64,000 bases of DNA from an uncultured Thermoleophilia bacterium (GTDB taxonomy: Bacteria > Actinomycetota > Thermoleophilia > UBA2241), in the NCBI GenBank assembly GCA_963747935.1, contig CAVVGY010000010.1, positions 131,951 to 195,950 on the forward strand, given 5' to 3'. The translations under genes were made by a program, and so were the position numbers. The notes below the pieces were generated by a model that was given only the letters and a program-made list of their open reading frames with translations, was not told the DNA's origin and searched no databases. Shown piece after piece: positions 47,717 through 55,067 of this stretch (position 1 is its first letter; each line of letters starts with the position of its first letter).

Positions 47717-48343
47717 CTAGCAGCAGCAGGCGCCTGCCGCCGGGCGCTTGTTGGCGAAGTAGCGCGCCAGGTTCTCGGGCAACTCGACGAGCGGCTCCGG
47801 AGTGACGGGCGGCCGCTCGTCGACCTTGAGCAGCGCGTCCATGAGCGCCTCGACGAGAAGCGGTAGCGGCGCGGCGCTGTAGACCTCGCCCCGGTAGTGC
47901 CACTCGCGGCAGTCGACGCTCACGTCGCCGTCGGTCAGGTCGCCGCAAGACTCGCACTCGGACTCACGGATGTCCTGGTCGATGTCACGGCCGTTGACGC
48001 GGATGGTGGGCGAGGAGAGCAGCGCGCGCGCCTTGGCCTCGTCCGCGCTCTGGACGACCGTCTCGCGGTACGTGAGGCCGACGTCGAGAGCCTCGGCCGC
48101 CGCGGCGACGATCTCGATGGCCTCACGCAACTGCTCGCCGGTGGGCACGCAGCGCGCGCACGTGTCGAGGTCGATGACGAGCAACTCGATGTTGAGCCGC
48201 CGCCTCTGCGCGCTCGTACGCGCGGAGGGGGCGGCCGCGGCCTCAGCCGCGGGGGCGCCGCAGCAGCACGGCGAGGCGGAGGCGGACTGGTCGCCGCAGC
48301 AGGAGGACGCTGCGGGGCCGGAGGTCGTCGGGGCGTCAGTCAT
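47717..48343 (-). CDS. DUF2703-like thioredoxin-fold protein with Cys-cluster termini (N-terminal SSCCGDQSASASPCCCG, C-terminal AGACCC); candidate metalloid-binding protein
   Basis: Core LNIELLVIDLDTCARCVPTGEQL. There are 10 Cys in vicinal pairs or triplets at the two termini. Confidence 0.45.
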   Translation of the reverse strand: MTDAPTTSGPAASSCCGDQSASASPCCCGAPAAEAAAAPSARTSAQRRRLNIELLVIDLDTCARCVPTGEQLREAIEIVAAAAEALDVGLTYRETVVQSADEAKARALLSSPTIRVNGRDIDQDIRESECESCGDLTDGDVSVDCREWHYRGEVYSAAPLPLLVEALMDALLKVDERPPVTPEPLVELPENLARYFANKRPAAGACCC

Positions 48344-48393
48344 GCTGGTTCAGGCTCCTTCGGGTGGATGGAGATTGTGATCGGTAGCAGCGC

Positions 48394-49409
48394 TCAGCCG
48401 AGCACCAGGTTGAAGAGGTAGCCGACGAACACGATGCCGAGGCCCACGACGCCGAGGAACGTGAAGATGAGCGGCCACTTCAGCACCTTCTTGAGGATGA
48501 TCGTCTCGGGCAGCGAGAGAGCGATGACCGCCATCATGAAGGCGAGCACGGTGCCGAGGGCGGCGCCCTTCTCCAGCAGCGCCTCCACGATGGGGATGAT
48601 GCCCGCGGCGTTCGAGTACATGGGGATGCCGAGCAGGACCGCGAGCGGCACGCTCCACCAGGTGCCGGCGCCCATGATGCCGGCCATGAAGTCCTGCGGC
48701 ACGTAACCGTGGATGACGGCGCCGACGGCGATGCCCGCGAGCACCCAGGGCCAGACCCTGCCGACGATGTCCTTGACCGCCTGCCAAGCGTACTCACGCG
48801 GGCCGCCCAGGAGAGCTGCTCGCTCGCGGCGGCGGCCTCGCCCATCCTGATCTCGAGTACCCAGTCCTCGATGTAGCGCTCCATCTTCAGGCGCCCGATC
48901 ACCCAGCCGGCCACCATGGCGATGAGGAGGCCGGTCACGAGGTAGAGGGCGGCGACCTCCCAGCCGAAGAGCCCGTAGAGCAGCACCAGGGCGATCTCGT
49001 TGACCATGGGCGCGGCGATGAGGAACGAGAAGGTCACGCCGAGCGGGATGCCGGCCTCCACGAAGCCGATGAAGAGGGGGACCGCCGAGCAACTGCAGAA
49101 CGGTGTCACGATGCCGAGGCTCGCGGCCATCACGTTGCCGGTGGCCTCGCGCCGGCCGTGCAGGAGGGCGCGGGTGCGCTCCGGGCTGAAGAACGAGCGC
49201 ACCACACCGACGCCGAAGACCACCAGGGTGAGCAGAAGGAGCACCTTCACGCTGTCGTAGACGAAGAACTCGAGGGCGGATGCCCAACGGGTGTCCGGCA
49301 GCTGCAGGACGCCGTGGAACAGCCACACCGTGAAGGGCAGCCAGAAGTGGTAGACGACCGCCCAGAGGCCGACCCCGAGGACCAGGCGCAGCCACAGCGG
49401 CAGGCCCAT
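48394..49409 (-). CDS. arsP: ArsP-type (DUF318) permease, putative organoarsenical efflux; apparent frameshift near 48810
   Basis: The TPFCSCSAVP motif matches ArsP. The N-terminal half is in the 48534..49409 frame and the C-terminal half in the 48394..49587 frame. Confidence 0.65.
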
Positions 49410-49656
49410 CCAGAGGCGGACCGCGGCGGGCGCCAGCCGCGGCGGCGGCCTCGTCCGCGGGGGCGACGGGCGCGCCGGTCGAGCAGGCGCAGGCGGGCAG
49501 GGTCGACGTTGCTCTCCCTGCAGTCGCCGGCTCCCCCACTTCAGTGCTGGGGGCGACCTCGATGACCTGCTCGCTCATGTTGCTCAACTCCCCGCGCTCG
49601 TCGGACCCGCGAAGCCCGTGATCAGGGGTGTTGCAGCCAGCTCACGCTGCAGTCGC

Positions 49657-50343
49657 TCATAGTCGTAGGGGACGCGCACGAACTCGACGAAGTCCGGTGT
49701 CGCCGAGCCGCGCCGGGTCGACGACGGCGTAGCAGACGCGCCAGTCGCCGTCCTTGGGGCGGCCGCCGCTGCCGACGTTGACGAAGACCGTCTCGCCGAC
49801 CGGGCGCGCGTAGGGCACGTGCGTGTGCCCGAAGAAGATGGCCGGGTAGGGGTACTCATCGGCCATGCGCGCCATGGCCTTCTCCGGCCGGTCCTCGAAG
49901 AGGTACTCGTTGATGCGCCGTGGGCTGCCGTGGACGGCGAGCAGGTCGCCTGCGGGCGTGGCGAGCGTGAAGTGGTCCTCGAGCGTGCGCAGATACGCCT
50001 TGACCTCGGCGGTCACCACCTCCTGCGTCCACTCCAACGACACGGCCCCCTCGGCGCGCTGCTCGTCGGTCTTGTAGACGCAGCCGCAGTCGCCGGTCTC
50101 GAAGCCGATGCCCTGGTCGTAGTTGCCCATGAGGCTGGGGATGCCGCGGTCGCGGACGAGCAGTGCGACCTCGTTGGGCGAAGGGCCGTAGCCGACCAGA
50201 TCGCCTAGAGAGATCGTCTGCGGCACGCTTCGTTGTTCGATGTCGGCGAGGATGGCCTCGAGCCCGGGCAGGTTGCCGTGCACGTCGCTGAAGAGGGCGA
50301 ACGGGGTCTCGAGCGTGAGCGTCCTCAACTGCGGTCCTTTCAT
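49657..50343 (-). CDS. Calcineurin-like metallophosphoesterase
   Basis: FSDVHGN, GDLVGYG and GNYD motifs. Confidence 0.8.
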   Translation of the reverse strand: MKGPQLRTLTLETPFALFSDVHGNLPGLEAILADIEQRSVPQTISLGDLVGYGPSPNEVALLVRDRGIPSLMGNYDQGIGFETGDCGCVYKTDEQRAEGAVSLEWTQEVVTAEVKAYLRTLEDHFTLATPAGDLLAVHGSPRRINEYLFEDRPEKAMARMADEYPYPAIFFGHTHVPYARPVGETVFVNVGSGGRPKDGDWRVCYAVVDPARLGDTGLRRVRARPLRL

Positions 50344-50364
50344 CGACTGCCGTTTATATCAATA

Positions 50365-50402
50365 CTCTTGACCATAAACCTACGTCGATGTAAGGTCAAG
50401 AG
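50365..50402. promoter_or_regulatory. Perfect 9-bp inverted repeat CTCTTGACC-N20-GGTCAAGAG in the AT-rich divergent promoter region upstream of acr3; candidate ArsR operator
   Basis: It lies between the divergently transcribed metallophosphoesterase gene (start 50343) and acr3 (start 50442). It contains a TTGACC -35-like hexamer. Confidence 0.4.
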
Positions 50403-50441
50403 GCGCCGCTGTGAACCCCCGTCGACTTAGGAGAATCGAGC

Positions 50442-51566
50442 ATGGCTGAAGGCACGATGAGGAGATTGTCCTTCCTCGACCGCTACCTCACCCTCTGGAT
50501 CTTCCTCGCCATGGCCGTCGGCGTGGCCGTCGGCTGGGCGTTCGTCAGCGTGCCGGAGTTCATCGACAGGTGGACGGTGGGCACGACCAACATCCCCATC
50601 GCCATCGGCCTCATCATCATGATGTATCCGCCGCTGGCGAAGGTGCGCTACGAGGAGCTCGGCGACGTCTTCAAGGACTACAGGATCCTCGGCCTCAGCC
50701 TCGTGCAGAACTGGCTCATCGGCCCATTCGTGATGTTCTTCCTGGCGATCATCTTCCTGCACAACTACCCGGAGTACATGGTCGGGCTCATCATGATGGG
50801 CCTCGCGCGCTGCATCGCCATGGTGATCGTCTGGAACCAGCTGGCGAAGGGCGACACCGAGTACGCCGCAGGCCTCGTCGCCTTCAACAGCATCTTCCAG
50901 GTGCTGTTCTACAGCGTGTTCGCCTGGATCTTCGTCACCAAGCTGCCGCCGCTCTTCGGGCTCGAGGGCGCGACGGTGGACGTCTCCATCGGCCAGATCG
51001 CCAAGAGCGTCGCCATCTACCTCGGCATCCCGTTCGTGGCCGGCATGATCACGCGCTACGTCGGCCTGAAGGTCAAAGGGCGGGAGTGGTACGAGCAGAA
51101 GTTCATCCCGCGCATCAGCCCGCTCACGCTCATCGCCCTGCTGTTCACGATCTTCGTGATGTTCAGCCTCAAGGGCGACCTCATCGTGCAGTTGCCGCTC
51201 GACGTCGTGCGCATCGCCATCCCGCTCGCCATCTACTTCGCGATCATGTTCTTCGTGAGCTTCTACATGGGCCGGCGCATCGGCGCCGACTACTCCAAGA
51301 CCGCGACCCTGAGCTTCACCGCGGCGAGCAACAACTTCGAGCTGGCCATCGCGGTCGCCATCGCCACCTTCGGCCTGAACTCGGGCGAGGCGTTCGCCAC
51401 CGTGATCGGCCCGCTGGTCGAGGTGCCGGTGCTGATCGGCCTCGTGAGCGTCTCCCTGTGGTTCGGGCGCAAGTACTGGGGCGTCACGGATGAACCGGTG
51501 CCGGCCGCCGTGGCGGCGGGGTGCGACGAGGTGGGCTGCGACCCGATTCGCGGAAGGGAGACCTGA
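50442..51566 (+). CDS. acr3: Arsenite efflux transporter ACR3
   Basis: 374 aa with conserved Acr3 architecture and motifs ([13 protein letters not shown]…, [11 protein letters not shown]). Confidence 0.9.
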   Translation: MAEGTMRRLSFLDRYLTLWIFLAMAVGVAVGWAFVSVPEFIDRWTVGTTNIPIAIGLIIMMYPPLAKVRYEELGDVFKDYRILGLSLVQNWLIGPFVMFFLAIIFLHNYPEYMVGLIMMGLARCIAMVIVWNQLAKGDTEYAAGLVAFNSIFQVLFYSVFAWIFVTKLPPLFGLEGATVDVSIGQIAKSVAIYLGIPFVAGMITRYVGLKVKGREWYEQKFIPRISPLTLIALLFTIFVMFSLKGDLIVQLPLDVVRIAIPLAIYFAIMFFVSFYMGRRIGADYSKTATLSFTAASNNFELAIAVAIATFGLNSGEAFATVIGPLVEVPVLIGLVSVSLWFGRKYWGVTDEPVPAAVAAGCDEVGCDPIRGRET

Positions 51567-51943
51567 TGGCGATGCAAGCTGTCCGCAAGGGGACCATCGA
51601 AGACTACGTGCCGCTGTTCAAGGCACTGTGCAACTCCACCAGGGCGCAGATCATGGAGTTCCTTCTCAGCGGCGAACGCTGCGTGTGCGAGATGACCGGT
51701 CCGCTGGACCTGAGCCAGCCGCTGGTCTCGCACCACCTGGGCCTGCTCCGCGACGCCGGGCTGGTGAACATGCGCGACGAGGGCGCCCGCACGTACTACT
51801 CGATCAACGAGGAGCGGTTCGACGCGGATCTCCAGGGGTTCGTCGCCCATGTGGATCGTCTGCGCAACACGCCGCGGCCGGCGCTCGACCCGGCGTCGGC
51901 CTGCGCCACACCGGTCGTCAGGCCCGGCAAGAAGTCCGCCTAG
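51566..51943 (+). CDS. arsR: ArsR/SmtB-family metalloregulator
   Basis: The ATG overlaps the acr3 stop (TGATG). Metal-binding ERCVCEM motif and HTH LSQPLVSHHLGLLRDAGLV. Confidence 0.8.
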   Translation: MAMQAVRKGTIEDYVPLFKALCNSTRAQIMEFLLSGERCVCEMTGPLDLSQPLVSHHLGLLRDAGLVNMRDEGARTYYSINEERFDADLQGFVAHVDRLRNTPRPALDPASACATPVVRPGKKSA

Positions 51944-51969
51944 CAAATCCGCGTCACAAGGAGACATCA

Positions 51970-52224
51970 ATGAAGCTCGAGATCCTCGGCTCCGGCTGCG
52001 CCAACTGCAAGAAGCTTGAGGCGATCACGAACGAGGCGGTCGCCGACCTCGCCATCGGCGACGTAGAGGTCGTGAAGGTCACCGACATGAAGGACATCAT
52101 GGGGTACGGCATCATGTCGACGCCGGGCCTCGTCATCGACGGCAAGGTCGTCTCCAGCGGTCGCGTGCCGTCCAAGGCCGAGGTAGCCTCGATGATCACG
52201 ACCGAGCTGGCCGCCCGGGGATGA
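51970..52224 (+). CDS. Small thioredoxin-fold redox-active disulfide protein (TM0996/MTH895-like, GCANC motif)
   Basis: 84 aa; MKLEILGSGCANCKKLE…. Confidence 0.6.
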   Translation: MKLEILGSGCANCKKLEAITNEAVADLAIGDVEVVKVTDMKDIMGYGIMSTPGLVIDGKVVSSGRVPSKAEVASMITTELAARG

Positions 52225-52232
52225 TCTGCGGA

Positions 52233-52662
52233 ATGCCGCAGAGCGGGCTCTTCTGTTTGGCTCTCACCGCCGTGCTGATCGCGGCGGCCAGCCTTGGCGG
52301 GCTGCGGCGGATCGAGCGCCGAGAGCGGCTCGGCGGCTGCACCGGCTGTGGGCGACAGTCCCGCAGCCAAGCCCAAGGTGACGTTTATCGAGCTCGGCGC
52401 CGACAGTTGCGTCCCCTGCAAAGAGATGAAGCCCGTCATGAAGGGCATCGAGCTGGCGTTCGGCGACCAGGTCGAGGTGATCTTCTACGACGTCTGGGAG
52501 GACCCGGCGCCGGCCAACGAGTACGGCATCCAGATGATCCCCACGCAGATCTTCCTCGACGAGAAGGGCGAAGAGTTCCACCGGCACACGGGCTTCTACC
52601 CTCAGGCCGACATCGAGGCGCTCCTGGTGGAGCAGGGCCTCACCAAGGCCACCACGCAGTAG
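52233..52662 (+). CDS. TlpA/ResA-like thioredoxin lipoprotein (CVPC active site); apparent frameshift near 52285
   Basis: Signal peptide and lipobox (…IAAAS/LAGCGG). Thioredoxin motif SCVPC. Confidence 0.55.
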
Positions 52663-52668
52663 CGCGCG

Positions 52669-53361
52669 GTGCTCGAGCAGATCCTCACCAGCCTGAGCAA
52701 CGGCCTCGACCAGTCGCTCGGCTGGGCGCTGCTGGCGGCGTTCGCGTGGGGCGTCGTGAGCATCGTCTTCAGCCCCTGCCACCTGGCCAGCGTGCCGCTC
52801 ATCGTCGGCTTCATCTCCACCCAGGAAGACGCCTCGACCAGGCGCGCGTTCCGGCTCTCGCTCCTGTTCGCGCTGGGCGTGCTCGCCTCCATCGCGGTGA
52901 TCGGCGTGGTCACCTGGTCGATCGGCAGGCTGCTCGGCGACCTCGGGTCTGTCGGGAACATTGCGGTCGCCGTCGTCTTCTTCGTCTTCGGCCTCTACCT
53001 CATGGGGCTGCTGCCGCTCAACTGGAACGTCTTCCCCAAGACGACGAGGCGGCGCGGCGCTCCTGCGGCGGTGGGACTCGGGCTCGCGTTCGGCGTCGGC
53101 CTCGGCCCCTGCTCGTTCGCCTTCCTGGCGCCGCTCCTCATGATCGTCTTCGGCAGCGCGAGCACCCACTACCTGTTGGCGGTCGGCCTCCTGGCGGCCT
53201 TCGCAGCGGGGCACTGCGGCGTCATCGTAGCCGCCGGCACCGCTGCGCAGAAGGTGCAGGACTGGGCGGTGTGGGGCGATCGCTCGGGCGTGACGCGGTG
53301 GGTGCGGCGCGTCAGCGGAGCGCTGGTCGTGCTCGCCGGCGTCTATCTGCTCGCGACGTAG
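52669..53361 (+). CDS. ccdA: CcdA/DsbD-family transmembrane thiol-disulfide exchanger
   Basis: GTG start. Six predicted transmembrane helices with conserved Cys in helices 1 and 4 (SPCHLASVP, GLGPCSFAF). Confidence 0.75.
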   Translation: MLEQILTSLSNGLDQSLGWALLAAFAWGVVSIVFSPCHLASVPLIVGFISTQEDASTRRAFRLSLLFALGVLASIAVIGVVTWSIGRLLGDLGSVGNIAVAVVFFVFGLYLMGLLPLNWNVFPKTTRRRGAPAAVGLGLAFGVGLGPCSFAFLAPLLMIVFGSASTHYLLAVGLLAAFAAGHCGVIVAAGTAAQKVQDWAVWGDRSGVTRWVRRVSGALVVLAGVYLLAT

Positions 53362-53369
53362 CTGGGTGA

Positions 53370-53814
53370 TCAGCCGGCGGAGTCGGGCGGTACGTTGATG
53401 ATCACGCCGAAGGCGCGCAGCGTGTCCGCCACCTCGCTGTTCACCGAGTAGAACGTCCATTTGCCGCGGGTCTCCTCGACGACCAGACCCGCGTCCTTGA
53501 GCACGCGCAGGTGGTACGACGCCTTGGACTGCGCGAGCCCGAACTGCTCCTGGAACTCGCAGACGCAGAGCCCCGAGGGGTCGCCCGCGCCGGGCACACC
53601 CGCGCTCCGCGGGGTCGATGAGGCCGCAGCAGCCGCGGCCCTGCGTCATGACGTCCAGCATGCCGAGGCGGATGGGGTCGGAGAGCGCCTTCGCGACCCT
53701 GGCGAGGCGCGCCAGGGTCTCGGGGTCCGTGCGCGTGCAGCAGACGGCCTCCGCCACCGGCGGCGCGCACGCCGCACTCTTCTTGTCCGTTCTTGGTGGC
53801 CATGACCGGACCAT
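53370..53814 (-). CDS. Second ArsR-family regulator with extra N-terminal Cys pairs (…CC…, CCG…, LCVCEF); apparent frameshift near 53600
   Basis: ATG at 53814 (MVRSWPP…AVCCTRTDPETLARLARVAKALSDPIRLGMLDV…CCGLIDP). The C-terminal half, in another frame, is LCVCEFQEQFGLAQSKASYHLRVLKDAGLV. Confidence 0.6.
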
Positions 53815-53830
53815 AGCACAAGAAATCTTG

Positions 53831-53878
53831 ATTTGGTATTGACAAGGCCGCTGGCAGCGCCTACATTGATACCAACAA
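53831..53878. promoter_or_regulatory. AT-rich divergent arsR2/arsM promoter region with imperfect inverted repeat TTGGTATTGACAA-N18-TTGATACCAACAA and two TTGACA -35-like hexamers
   Basis: A local GC drop (about 40% against a 70%+ background) in the intergenic region 53815..53913. Confidence 0.4.
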
Positions 53879-53913
53879 AAGTTGATTTGACATCGTCGAC
53901 CAGGGAGCCCGTG

Positions 53914-54761
53914 ATGAGTGAGACCAAGGACCAGGAACTCAAAGGTCAGATCCGCGACCACTACGCCGAGCGCGCCGTGGCGGCCAAGGACGCCACGGCG
54001 CCGGTGAGCTGCTGCGGTCCGTCGAGCACGAGCAGTTGCTGCGGCGGCCAGGCCGTCGAGGCGCAGGACGAGTTCGCGCGCGGCCTCTACGACGTCTCCG
54101 AGACCGGCGACCTCCCCGACGGCGCCGTGCTCGCCAGCCTCGGTTGCGGCAACCCGACGGCGCTCGCCGACCTGCAGCGCCGGCGAGGTCGTGCTCGACC
54201 TCGGCAGCGGCGGCGGCATCGACGTCCTGCTGTCCGCCAGGCGCGTCGGCCCCACCGGCAAGGCCTACGGCCTCGACATGACCGACGAGATGCTCGCCCT
54301 GGCCCGCGAGAACCAGGCCAAGGCCGGCGTGACCAACGTCGAGTTCCTCAAGGGTGAGATCGAGGACATCCCGCTGCCGGACGACTCGGTGGACGTGATC
54401 ATCAGCAACTGCGTCATCAACCTGTCGGTCGACAAGGACAAGGTGCTGGCGGAGGCCTATCGGGTGCTCAAGCCCGGCGGGCGGTTCGCGGTCTCGGACA
54501 TCGTGTTCCAGGGCGACGTGAGCCTCATCCCCGAGCACATCTTGCGCAGCATCGAGTCGTGGTCCGGCTGCGTCGCCGGAGCGCTCGAGGAGCAGGACTA
54601 CCTGGACAAGCTGCGGCGCGCCGGCTTCGCCGACGCCGCGATCGAGGTGACGCAGGTGTACGACGAGCGTGCCGGACGGATGCGGCGTCGACCTGAGCGA
54701 GATCCCGGACGGCATCCGCGTGGTGAGCGGGTTCGTGCGCGCGACCAAGCCGGCGAGCTGA
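53914..54761 (+). CDS. arsM: Arsenite S-adenosylmethionine methyltransferase ArsM; two apparent frameshifts (about 54180 and 54665)
   Basis: N-terminal [15 protein letters not shown] Cys pairs; SAM-binding [12 protein letters not shown]; C-terminus …[28 protein letters not shown]. It spans three frames. Confidence 0.7.
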
Positions 54762-55067
54762 CCGGACGCGCAGCGGAGGAACGTGGAGTCCTGAGCGGAC
54801 TGGAGGAGTCATGGAACGCATCATCGGCATGGAGCATCAGGGCGGCTGGGTCCGCGACGAGCAGATGAAGGCGGAGCGGCTGCGCCACCGCCGGGCGGCG
54901 GACGAGCGCTGCGAGCGCGCCGGGCTGCTGCGGCAGTGCCGGCCGGTCGAGCCCGGCCGGGAGAGCCGCCGGACGGCCTGACGGCGAGCGCAGTCCGGAG
55001 CGGACGCAGGACGGGGGGCGGGACCGAGCGAGCAGGGTCCCGCCCCCCGTTTGCGTCGTCGGAGCCG

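Noticed and set aside
49584-49859. Small ORFs upstream of arsP (for example MSNMSEQVIEV…ACACSTGAP…) considered as RiPP precursor peptides for the radical SAM enzyme
   Set aside because: They lie in the frame that becomes the arsP C-terminal frame after the indel, or in a shadow frame. They have no RBS and their Arg/Pro-rich composition is typical of spurious high-GC ORFs.
54810-54989. 59-aa ORF ([28 protein letters not shown]…) with a GGAGGAG RBS downstream of arsM
   Set aside because: It may be real, but it has no domain and is Arg-rich. It was not reported as a feature, and only comparative conservation could support it.
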